52,657 bases of DNA from Octopus bimaculoides (Eukaryota), in NCBI RefSeq assembly GCF_001194135.2, contig NC_068986.1:3225453-3278109 (forward strand), read 5' to 3'. Below are positions 24,235 through 35,740 of the stretch, piece by piece (positions within the stretch are counted from its first letter, which is position 1; each line of letters starts with the position of its first letter). The notes below the pieces were generated by a model. That model saw nothing but the letters and a program-made list of their open reading frames with translations. It made no database searches and had not been told where the DNA came from. The position numbers and the translations under genes were made by a program.

Positions 24235-24640
24235 TGTATCAGTCACTGGACTGCAGCCATGCTGAGGCACCGCATCAAAGGATTTAGTCGAACAAATCGA
24301 CTCCTGTACTTACATTTAATTCTAGGATTTATTTTATCGGTTTCTTTACTCGAACCGCTACGTTACGAGGATGTAAACAAAGCAGCACCGGTTATTAAGC
24401 GGTGGGAGAAGAGAAATATAAGCACAAAGTCACCACACATGCACGCATACACATACACACGTATACATACACACGCATATACAACGGGCTTCCTAACAGT
24501 TTCCGCCTACGAAATTCACTCACAAGGCGTTAACCGACGGAGGTTATAGTAGAAGACACTTGCTCGAGGTAACGCAGCGTGGGATTGAACCTGGAACCAC
24601 ATGGCTGCAAAGCGAGCTTCTTAACCACGCAGCTACGCCT
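24235..24640 (-). mobile_element. SINE family A, near full-length copy
   Basis: cagtcactggactgcagccatgctg...gtcgaacaaatcgac...agaagacacttgc...ttgaacctggaaccacatgg...ttaaccacgcagc. Confidence 0.8.
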
Positions 24641-24964
24641 GGCAGCCATTACATATATATCTATATATAAGAAAAGGGATTCAAAGAATCAACCAGAATC
24701 CGAAGTAAGCTACCAGCCTGGCGCGTGGCTATCGAGAAAGATTATGGTTACGGCTAGGATGTAACCTTACCATCTTTCTGAAAATCCAGGAATCGCAGTG
24801 GTAGAGGGTATGTATAAAAATTGACCAGTTAATAGGAGCAAAGTGGGAGAGAATATGGTAATTCCGCTAGTTGACAGCTTTTACGCAATCTTTTGGTTAC
24901 ATAAGCGCCACATCAACCGTCACGCATCTATAAAAGAATATATGTCTATATATCAATATACATA

Positions 24965-24986
24965 CATACTTACATGTGTGTGTGTA

Positions 24987-25026
<40 letters not shown>

Positions 25027-25458
25027 TGTCTGCATTTGTTCCCCGCCACCGCTCGGTGTTGATGTGTTTACGTCCCCGTAACTTAGCGGTTCGGCAAAAG
25101 TGGCCGATAGAATAAGTGTCAGGCTTAACAAAAAAGAAGTACTGGGATCGATTCATTCGATTAAAGCAAATGGTTCAAGGCGGTGCTCCAGCATGGCAGC
25201 GGTTTAATGACTGAAACAAGTAGAAGATAAAAGATGTATATTATCTCTTACCGTTTATTTGTTCAAGTCGTTTAAACTGCGACCATGCTGGGGCACCACC
25301 TTGAACAATTTTAGCCGAACAGTTCGACCCCAGTACTCAATTAAAAAAAAAGCCTGGTACTTGTTCCATCGGCTTCTTTTGCCGAACAGCTAAGTTACAG
25401 GGAAGTATGCATGCCAAAATAGGTTGTCAAACAGTTGTGACACACGCACACACGCGCG

Positions 25459-25516
<58 letters not shown>

Positions 25517-25517
25517 C

Positions 25518-25520
<3 letters not shown>
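24965..25520. mobile_element. Tail-to-tail inverted pair of SINE family A 3' halves, each with its microsatellite
   Basis: (TG)n plus a sense half at ~25020-25230, a ~30-nt spacer, then an antisense half at ~25258-25440 plus (CA)n. Confidence 0.85.
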
Positions 25521-25548
<28 letters not shown>

Positions 25549-25569
25549 TGCACAGGCAGACAGATGGAC

Positions 25570-25628
<59 letters not shown>

Positions 25629-25871
25629 ATGGAGGTTGGAAAGGAAAACTGAATGAAAATGTAAAAAGAAATAATTAACACACAGAGAAACAGGAGGAAA
25701 AGAAAAACAGAAAAAAAATAAAAGATAAAAAAGGAAACAAAGAAAAGAAGAAAAGTAAGGAAGAAAGGCTGAAAAAATGGACGATATAAAGCAAGATAAG
25801 AGAAAAAGAAAATGAAAACCGGAAGACAAGTATGACAAAAGATAATGAAATGAGGGAAGATTCAAACGTAC

Positions 25872-26120
25872 TTTTCCTCGGTTGTATCCTCGTGTGATAG
25901 CAGCGAAATTGGTGACAGTCATTGGCGCAACATCTCCAAATAATGCAATCACTACACGAATTACGTCATCGTCGTTCGAGTTGGTAAAATTCTTGATGAG
26001 GAAATCAAACCAGGCTTCCTCTGTGACAGTATAGTTGGGATTTGCTGAAGTAGTTTGACTCGATAGAAAGAAAACCAATGTGAATAAACAGGATTTGATC
26101 AGTATCGATTTTGTTTCCAT
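25872..26120 (-). CDS. Cyclophilin-type PPIase B, coding exon 1 with signal peptide
   Basis: ATG at 26120 (ataATGG), donor AAA|gtacgt, 249 nt. Encodes METKSILIKSCLFTLVFFLSSQTTSA-NPNYTVTEEAWFDF...VIALFGDVAPMTVTNFAAITRGYNRGK. The four exons total 678 nt (225 aa plus stop) in frame. Confidence 0.96.
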
Positions 26121-27914
26121 TATTGTTTGTTCTTATTTCTCTTTTACTTTTTACGTTTCTTTTAATGTTTATTTTCGTTATATTTCTATTTCTTGAGGAA
26201 TGATGGAAATCTGGAAAAGGAAACAGAAAAGACAAGATGAAATCTCTATAATAACACGGAAGGAAAAGTAATGGGCTGTGTTAACTAAACTGGTGCGTTG
26301 ATAACTAGTAATAAACTTAAAACCAGTTCGAATGTATTTGAAAGATATTTGAACCTGTAAAGGCTTTTCGCTGCAGTTTGTCGTGGAGAAAATAAAGTTC
26401 TCGCTAAAGACAAAAAGGTGTTAAAACCCCATAGTCAGCTCAGAGTGCACTCTGTTGGACTGGTAGATATAGTTCGAACTCATTTGTTCTCTTCTGCACC
26501 GTATGCCAACAGAGACAACGTTGAGCTGATCAGGAAGAAACACTTCCTTTATGGTAACTCAAAAAATATTATTTACTGATAGAGCATATTGGTTGTCAGA
26601 TCGGAACAAATACGTGAGTAGATGTGCAAAACAGTTACGGAAAGTATATAAACTTCAGACTAGTTCAAATATGCATGAAAGGTTAAAGGCTTTCCCCTGC
26701 AGTTTGTCGTAGAGCAAAAATTCTTACATAAGACAAAAACATTTGAACTGATCTTAAGTTCATATGACCAAAAGAGTGATTGCAAAATTCTAGCCTCCAA
26801 GAATGAGAACGTCCTCCGCAACAAAATGTGCTCCGACTCCATTAGAATCTATGGCAGAGAAAAAAAAATACAGCATGGTACCTGGTACCGACATATGATT
26901 GTACATACTCTTGTACAATGAAAAATAAAATTCGTATGACAATTTCATATCCAAATGAACTGGTTCAAGGAACATAGAAAACCTGACATTGCAGTTGTCA
27001 AAAAAAAAGAAAAAAAAAACTTTCGGATATCTCAAAATTGACGTTGATATTCTTGAAGACCAAAATATTGATCATAACGTAGTCTATAAGATTACTAGTA
27101 AGTCAGAGGCATATTTGAAAACATAATAATCTGCATGAAATTATATCATTATTGAGAAAAGCAATATATACAAGCACACACACACACATACACACACACA
27201 CAGANNNNNNNNNNNNNNNNNNNNNNNNNNNNNNNNNNNNNNNNNNNNNNNNNNNNNNNNNNNNNNNNNNNNNNNNNNNNNNNNNNNNNNNNNNNNNNNN
27301 NNNNNNNNNNNNNNNNNNNNNNNNNNNNNNNNNNNNNNNNNNNNNNNNNNNNNNNNNNNNNNATATATATATATATACGTGTCTGCATTGTGTTGTAACC
27401 TCGGTGAAGACAATTTTACCTTGCATAATGCAAGAATATAAGACAGTACACGGAAGGAAAAAAATCACTTACCTTCTGATTACCTTCTGATTCGATTTTT
27501 TGTCTCTTCTCAACAGAGGTTGTCTAAGTAGTCTTACTGAGGAAAAGAACACGATAGTTCTTTATAAAGAAGTGATAAAAGGTAATAGTGCCACGATATC
27601 TAGTTGAATTCTTACCCAATCAACATCATTACACCTGTTTCATTGCTGAAAAAGAGCCACGTAAGTTCAACGGTTATAGAAATAGAACAGTTAATTTGTA
27701 CATGTGGACAAAATATGATATATTTTAACGATTTCAAAGGAGACATAAATAATTTGGGAAGGATGAGGCATCAAATAAGCCAATCGGTGTGATATAAGAA
27801 CTTTCTCACCAACAAATAAAGAAATCATCGTGAATCAATGAAATCAATTGATTTTCGTTGACAACTTGTTTTATAGTCATTGATTCGGAACAGTTGTATA
27901 AGTACTCAGCTCGA

Positions 27915-28455
27915 TATTTCAACTGAAAATAAACATTATTAAGTATATTTCAAGTGAAAACAAACATTATATTTCTAATGAAGACAAGCATTATTAAATA
28001 TAATATTAAGTATAATTATTTCAGCTAACTCCAAACATTGTAAGATATAATTATTTCAGAAAATACAAGCAAAAACAAATATTATTAGATGCAATAATTC
28101 CAACTGAGGACGAACATTACTAAAAATAATGATTTTAAGGGAAAACGAACATTATTTAATACAGTTATTTCAACAGAAAGAAAAATTTTGTTGAACATTT
28201 TTCAGTTGAAAAACTAAATTTTATTGAATATAATTATATTTCAAATGATGACAAATATTATTAAATATAAATCGTTTCACCTGAAAACAAACTTTATTAG
28301 ATATAATTATTTTACCTTAAAACAAACGTTATTAAATATTATTCTTTCAACTGAAAACAAACATTTAAATAAGCTATTCCACCAAAAAGCATTATAGATT
28401 ATATTGTTGGCATCATAAGAAGTTAGAATGTTCGTGAGAACGTGAAATAATTCTT

Positions 28456-28486
<31 letters not shown>

Positions 28487-28850
28487 TTTGAACTGTGATA
28501 CTCGAATCAGATAAAGTTACACATAATAGCGTGTAAATAGCCTGTTGGATAAAAAAAAATGGTCGAAGGCTTCTCGGGGGACTTCGACTTTTTCTACCCC
28601 AAAACCAATATTTATTTACACGCTATTATTTGTAGCTTTATCTGATTCACCCACCAAATTATAATCAGATACATTTATTTCAACTGGAAACAAACTTTAT
28701 CAAATACAATTATTTCACAGTCGAATATTATTATTCCAATTAAAAACAAAAGTTTTTAGGTACAGTGACTGTAACTGAAAACAGATAATATTAAATTTGG
28801 TTTATTGAACTAAAGACAAACATCCAAACATTATTAAATATATATTTTCC
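27915..28850. repeat. Degenerate AT-rich ~36-bp minisatellite (consensus ~tttcaactgaaaacaaacattattaaatataatta), interrupted at ~28400-28670
   Basis: Recurrent tttcaactgaaaa / caaacattatt / atataattat motifs at roughly 35-40-bp spacing. Confidence 0.7.
28504..28648. mobile_element. 145-bp foldback/MITE-like element with 36-bp terminal inverted repeats
   Basis: 28504-28539 gaatcagataaagttacacataatagcgtgtaaata matches the reverse complement of 28613-28648 at 34/36. There is a second inner inverted pair, gtcgaag/cttcgac. Confidence 0.75.
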
Positions 28851-28941
28851 TTCTATTTTAATTAATTGTGTCGCAACTACCAGGATCTACACAACAGGAA
28901 ATTAACTGTTGCTCCTTTAGTACAAAATAATTCGTCTATTA

Positions 28942-29127
28942 CAGTGCACCACAGCCCTTTTCCACTTGCGGCACACTTATATTCTTTTCAAAATTCAGCG
29001 GCACACCTGAACTAAAAATATAACTAAAGGTATAGGAGAACAAATTATATTCAGGGTACACTGCGGTACACTTAGCATCGTCTCGTGGCACATCAGTGTG
29101 CCGCGGCATACCGGTTGCAGAGCACTG
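28942..29127. mobile_element. hAT-type MITE (186 bp)
   Basis: CAGTG...CACTG termini, TIR match 11/15, internal ggcacac/gtgtgccgcgg motifs, and an 8-bp TSD gtctatta (28934-28941) / atctatta (29128-29135). Confidence 0.8.
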
Positions 29128-29779
29128 ATCTATTACAGGTATTATTTTTTCTGTAGACTACTTAGTAGATATTATCTAGGTGAGAGATGAAAACAAAAAC
29201 TTATCCAGATACAGCAGAACACCTGTTGGACCAATGAGGATGCCTGTATGTGATCACACACACACGCACGCATACACGCTTACACCTTCACATACATACA
29301 TACATACATACATTCACATATACATACATACATACATACATACATACATACATACATACATACACGCATGCATAATTTACCTTTGTTGCTTTTGAACCGT
29401 CATTTCTTCTGACACACTTTCGGTTTTCTGACTCCTGTCATTTTCAGCAAGACTTGACACAGAACAACGCAAATGGAGGGAAACATATTCTCGCGAGATT
29501 CTTTTCCTCAATACTGAGTGGCACTTTTATGATAGTTGAACTTTGTCAAAAACTTTAACAAACCCCCAGATTCTCCCGAGCTACGTTTCTTCTTTTTGTC
29601 CACAGGCTTTCATGTGACCACTCAATAAAAAGCTTTGTTGCTAAATTTTCATGCAATGGAAAATTCTGTATTTTCTTGATGTATTTTGAGCTCCAAGCTC
29701 TATGTCAACGATTCCTCCATTTTCTAAAAGATATATTTGACGCTGTAGGAGCACTATTTCCATTTGGCGGAACTGTTAT

Positions 29780-32140
29780 CCATCTATACGTGATTTGGCT
29801 AGTGTAACCAACCGCTTTACCTCGCGCATAGATACACACTGCCGCCTATTACAAAGTCTCGGGAAAATTTTAACCAGTCCCATCCGAGCCTCCAAGAAAG
29901 TCAGACGTAATTTGTCATGTCGCTGTTGGAGCTCATCTCTACCACGTAGACAATATCGAAGGAAGAAACACTCTAGAACTAAATAACTATTTATGGACTG
30001 CTCGAACATTTATCCTGTCCACATTTTACAATATATAATAACAGTGTCACATGTTATTTATGCTGCATACACCTTCTTCTGGATTTGTGACCCTACAACG
30101 AGTAGCTCGAACTTTTCTTTTGTTCACGTAGGACACTGTTATACCATACCTCTGTGTGTTTTTGGTGCATCTTCACTTGTCTTTATGGGCGACATCATCG
30201 GCACTGACGGAATAGCTCTTCAGGATATTCCTCCACCTACTTCTTTGCGACAGCTTCGACAGTTCCTTGATCTTAATTATTACCGCCGTTTTAGTCCACA
30301 TTGTGCGGACCTTCTGTTTCTTCTTTCTGATCTCTTACTGAATAGAAAAAAGAAAGACGAGCCTATTTCCCTTGACCCAGTTCATCTTGAGGCATTCCTC
30401 AAAGTTAAACATGCGCTGGCTAGCGCTTCTCTTCTCACATATCCCGTGTCTGATGCCCAGCTTTTGCTGGTCGTGGATGCATCAAATACAGCTGTTGGTG
30501 CAGTTTCGCAGCAACATCACCAGCAGCAAGCACAACCTCTCGCTTTCTTCTCGAGACAGCTTAAACCAGCCGAAACCCGCCATAGCACGTTTGGCCGTAA
30601 ACTTTTGGCTATGTACCTGACAGTTAGACACTTTCAATACTCACTTGAAGGTCGCCAATTTACGATCTATAACGATCATCGTCTGCACTTCGTTCGAAGC
30701 CCGACAGATATTCGTCATCTAGATTTTGTTTCGCAGCTTACCAATGGTATTCGTCGTATCTCTGGTGCACAGAATGCAGCGGCAGATGCTCTCTCTCGCA
30801 TTCGTGTAAATTCTTTGTCACCACCTTCAAATATCGGCCTCCATCTTCTTTCTGCAGATCAGCCTCCCCTAGAGTCGATCGATCTTGCTTCACCAGAATT
30901 TGCGACGTGTAAATTTAAGTACTTGCTTGTGCCTACTTCTGACACACAAATATTATGTGACATCTCGATAGATAAACCACGTCCTCTTGTTCCAGAGACC
31001 CACCGTCGAACTGTTTTCCACACTCTGCATCCCGGAACTTCAACCACGGTGAAACTCATTTCGGCTGGATTCTTCTGGCCAAATATGAGACAAGATATCA
31101 TTGCTTGGTCACGTTCATGACTTTTCTACCAAAAAGCTAAAGTGCATAGGCACATTCGTACTCCTCTTGGTATGTTCAACACCCCAGACGCTCGTCCGAG
31201 TCACATCCATATCGATCTAGTTGGACAGTGGCCAGTTAGTCAAGCTTTTACGTATCTCCTTACGTGCATCGACCGTTTTATATGTTAGCCGGAAGTCATC
31301 CCTTTGTGTGATATTACAGCAGAATCAGTAGCGCGAGCTCTGGTATCGGGTTGAATATCGCGTTACGGCGTTCATACCACGATCACCACTGACCGTGGTA
31401 GGCAGTTCGAATCCCACTCCTTCCATGGGCTTTCGAAAATTCTAGGCGTGCGGCGCATTCGGACTACTAGTTACCATCCAGCTTCAAATGGTATGGTGGA
31501 ACGCTTCCACCGCCAATTGAAGGCTGCAATGCGCGCTTATCATAACAGCGATAGAGCGAGTATCTACTCATTGTTCTAGGCTGCCGTTCAGCAGTCAAGG
31601 AGGATCTTGGATACTCTTCAGCGAGGCTGCTCTACGGAGAACCGTTATTCTTAACAGGTCAAATGCTGGCCCATGTGAACTTTTCCTCCCAAGATTCTGC
31701 TCTCTACGTCAACAGACTTCGTTAGTATTTCACCAATCTTCCGCTGATGACCTCCCGACAACAAACTATTACATCTTCGGTCCCGAAGGATTTTGCTTCG
31801 TGGACCCACGTGTTTCTTCGCAATGACTCTATGAAAAGTCCCCTCACATACCATACACAGGATCTTACTGAGTCCTTTCCAGCACTGATAATCTTTTCAC
31901 CATGGACATTAAATGGGAAAATTGACATGGTAAAACGAGCTTTTATAGACGCTCTGACACCAAAGCCACATACCCCGCTCACATACACTGTTCACCACGA
32001 AACACAAGCTACATCTTCGCATTCATTACCTTCACAATTGCACACCCCGTTCCCGCCTTCATCTACATACATCAATCCGACGTGCAGTGGTCGTCGTGTG
32101 CACTGGCCCGCCAAGCTGTGCAAAACTATTTATATCTGAA
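29780..32140 (+). mobile_element. Decayed Ty3/Gypsy LTR-retrotransposon pol remnant (RT end, RNase H, integrase)
   Basis: One frame reads LVFMGDIIGTDGI (RT end), VVDASNTAVGAV...PLAFFSRQLKPAETRHSTFGRKLLAMYLTVRHFQYSLEGRQFTIYNDH (RNase H), HPG...FFWPNMRQDI, HIDLVG, TDRGRQFES and YHPASNGMVERFHRQLK (integrase). Domain order RT-RH-IN. In-frame stops at 31118, 31286 and 31352. Confidence 0.93.
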
Positions 32141-34443
32141 CTGACTGATATAGTGCAGTCTGTGAACTTGCTTTAACACATGGAATTCCTTTGTGCATGT
32201 TTTCGCTTTTGCTTTGCAGTGGTTATTTTTGCCTCGCTTTTTCAGCATTTTGCATTTTCTTCTTTTCATTTTGTATCATAGTTAACTAATCTTCTTGTAG
32301 TTTCTTTTACCCAAAGCCAGGAACTTTTCAGCACCGCCTCGTATAATGCAGTAATCTGCCTAATAAAACATCGTCTTGACTCTTTCCTTCATAGAATCGC
32401 TGGCCTCAAACCCTGCAACAGACTGGCGTTCCATTCAGGAAAATGTGATCTTGGAAACTGTATAACCGGCATTATGAGTTCTAAGGCCCAAGAAAAAAAG
32501 AAAGAAAAAAAACGAAATCGTCGAAATAGATAGAAGGTATTATTTGTGTCATCTGTCAACATACGACCAACGTTGAAATAATTTGTAAGAAAAAGTAAAG
32601 TCTTTCACAATTGATATATAAATATGTAAGCCAACTAAAGACCTTCGCTCAACCTGTTAGAAATAGAAGCCGTTCAAATTACAGTTTATAAACAAAACAC
32701 TGTACAACGTGGTTGTATTATACAAACATAACTGTATCTGAAGTAAAGCATTTGATCATAAAGTCATCATGATCAAGCTTGACATGAGGCTAAAACGAGA
32801 ATAAAATTCAATACAATGTGTGATTTTGTTTTGGCGATCAAATAAAAGCTACATTATATAACATCTGGTGAAAACTGAAGTAAACATTAATAGGAGACAA
32901 CCATTTTTACCACGGATCATGAATGAACAGCAACTACACAGAGGTTTCTGTGCTAGTTCAGAATGGTTTTATATTTTTAGTCAAGAAGCTTTTGTTAACT
33001 TAAGCACTATGTCATCTGTTTCGATACTGAAACTAAGACAATTGGACCAGTATATAATAAATTGATTATATATTATATACTGTATTAATTCTTATTCATG
33101 TTGTTGAAATCTGAATTCGAATTGAATAGTAACAAATACTTACAAGTGTTCTAGTGTATGTGAACTGGACTGTAATAAATATTTTTGAAAACTGCTTGAT
33201 TTGGTTTATCTGGAAGATACCTTTACATGTATACATAAATAATGCACTAATGTAAGTGTATGCTTACACATGCATTATATACGTAAAACTCAACCATGTG
33301 TATGAATACATACACACATATATTAAGTTACATGTACAAGTTTTTTTGTATGTGTATATGTGTCTATACATGTGTGTGTGTGTATAAGAGACAGACAGGC
33401 AGGCAGGGATGGATAGAGAATGAAAGAATATGGATGTTATAATTTTATCCAGTTGTCCTAGTAATACATACATTTGAGTACATTGATACATACACTCACA
33501 TGGACAAAATATATGTAGGAAAGAGAGAGAGATAGAAAGAGAGAGAGAGTGTGTGTGTATGTGTTTGTGTGTGTGAAAGAGAGAGAAAGTGAGTGAGAGA
33601 ACGAGTGATGAAAATGCCATTCCACATGCTGCCAATATATCTATATATATCTGTTCGTCCCCTGAACTGAGCAAATTGTACAGTACTAAAAAGTCAACAA
33701 CAACATTAATAATATGAATCTTAATTTTTATTTTTCAAATTGAATCTTGGGTCCCCTAAAACCCAAATGTTCCTGACCCCTATTCTCTGGGCCCATGTAA
33801 TAAGACATTCTGGTATAGGTACTAGTTTAGAAAATAACAAGGAAAAGAAGTCAATGTGGGAACCCCTATATTAAGAGTGGTGAACCTTATTAGGGGTGAA
33901 TTGTAAGTGTGTAAGAGAAGCTGTTACGGAGCATCTGTACAGTAAAGAATAATCCTTAGTTTTACAAATCCATAAGCATGTAATTTATATTTAGATTTTT
34001 GCTTTGAACTTAAGGCTTAAACCGTGTTTTTTATGGTCTTAAAACTTAAACCTTGTTTTTTAAAGACTTCATCAACAATTTCAAACTTGGATGTAAGTAA
34101 AATTTCTCTTAAATTACACCCTACAATTTTAAATGAGGAAAGAATATTTGATAATTTATTCCTACATTTCCTTAAAAGAAGACAAGTGGTGGTCAAAGCT
34201 AGAATGCCCTTAATTTTATGTCCGTTCAGTTGGACCTGATATGAGTCCAACCAACAAGAAAATAATACAAACAAAAAAATAACAGGTTTAATATTTTGAA
34301 TAATTCTTTTAATATTTTAAGGAGCTGTGGATTTAACTTGAAAGGAAATATAAAATATTTACTGAGAACTAGTTTGGTATAAATTCCATTACAAGAATGG
34401 TTTTAATTTTTAAGAACACATGATGAAAGGAAAACAGTTTGTT

Positions 34444-34500
<57 letters not shown>

Positions 34501-34657
34501 AACAGGTATCAGCTATTTATCAAAATTCTTCAGTACTTGATTGCAATACAACTATTTGATATGTTTTATTTAGTAGAAAAGAGGTAAAAAAAAAAAAAGA
34601 ACACAAATAGAAAAATAAAGCTGTTAGAAATTACACCAAGCAAACTTCTATGAAAAA

Positions 34658-34776
34658 CTATGGTCTTAGTGGCTGAAGTCCCATTGTTGGACCATTCCAG
34701 TTTGGAATAACCCAATCAGGCCAGAACAATTCTTTCATTCTTTCACAGTAAGCAATTAGATTTGGGAATGAATTAT
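34658..34776 (-). CDS. FAXC: FAX/FAXC-like protein, terminal coding exon 6
   Basis: Acceptor ttattcaaccag, phase 1, 119 nt. Encodes (D)NSFPNLIAYCERMKELFWPDWVIPNWNGPTMGLQPLRP*, with the PNL..Y.ERMK..FWPDW FAX signature. Confidence 0.92.
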
Positions 34777-35623
34777 CTGGTTGAATAAAGAGAAGAAATA
34801 GTAGCATAAAAAATACAATTCTGTAATGAAAACATACAAAAAAATAAACAATAAAACAAAAAAAGCAACAAATAAACAACAGAAAGAATTTTAAAATATA
34901 AATTGTCTTAACCCTTTTGTTACTATATATGTTTCAACTAATTTTGAAAATATAAAAAAAATTGAGGATTAAGTAAAATATTTTAGTTCATTATTTAGAT
35001 GGTGATTGGAAATTAGCAAAAAATTTTTACATAAATTTAAGATGAACACTTTATTTAAATATCACATTTTGAAGAAGGTGTTTTGTATCATAGAAGCAGA
35101 GGTAGTCTTGGTATCAAAAAGATGAAATAAAATGGGGCTAATTGGCCCTAATTTTAGGTAAACTACTGTTAGAAATATTCAAGGATGTAAATACTATAGT
35201 AACATACTATCTCTTGTAACTTGTTACACTGATAATTATATATTTATACAAATGGTTTGATGCTTTCAAGGCAATGATTTGTTGCCTTCAAAAATAGCCC
35301 TTTTATTTTTATTTTCTTAACCAAGAGGTAAGGTTGTGCAAACAGCTGGAAGAAAATATTGTCTCAATAATATTTGTCTGACTCATGCTACCATGGAAAA
35401 ACAGACATGAAAATAAGTGTAAGATTACATCCATTTCAATTTTGAATTAATACATAGCTATTAGAATCTTCTTACATAGTCTGTACATAACTTCAAAAGC
35501 TGTTTGATACTATGAATTGTTTAGTCATAATAAATGTTATGAAAAACTTATTAAAAAATAAGATATGCCACCTATTCTACAATATGAAAGCATTCTGAAT
35601 TAAAAATAACTGGTCATACTAAC

Positions 35624-35740
35624 CTTTAAAGACCTTTATGAAAAAGCTACCTTCTGGCATTTTCTTTAAACAAGCAATCATTCCAAATATAGCACAATCA
35701 GTTTCACATGGATTGACTCCCATAAGGAACTTCTTTCTTC
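35624..35740 (-). CDS. FAXC: FAX/FAXC-like protein, coding exon 5
   Basis: Acceptor ttctacag, donor G|gttagt, 117 nt (phase 1 to 1). Encodes (G)RKKFLMGVNPCETDCAIFGMIACLKKMPEGSFFIKVFK, with the K.F.MG..P...D.A.FG GST-C motif. Confidence 0.92.

Noticed and set aside
25395-25871. ORF extension beyond cyclophilin exon 1 (second hydrophobic region in the ORF track)
   Set aside because: It is read-through into the intron past a good donor at 25871; the exon structure of the paralogue supports splicing there.
29993-30160. N-terminal part of the 375-aa ORF as a real protein start
   Set aside because: The ATG and first ~55 codons have no pol homology; the ORF is a pseudogenised retroelement frame ending at a premature stop.
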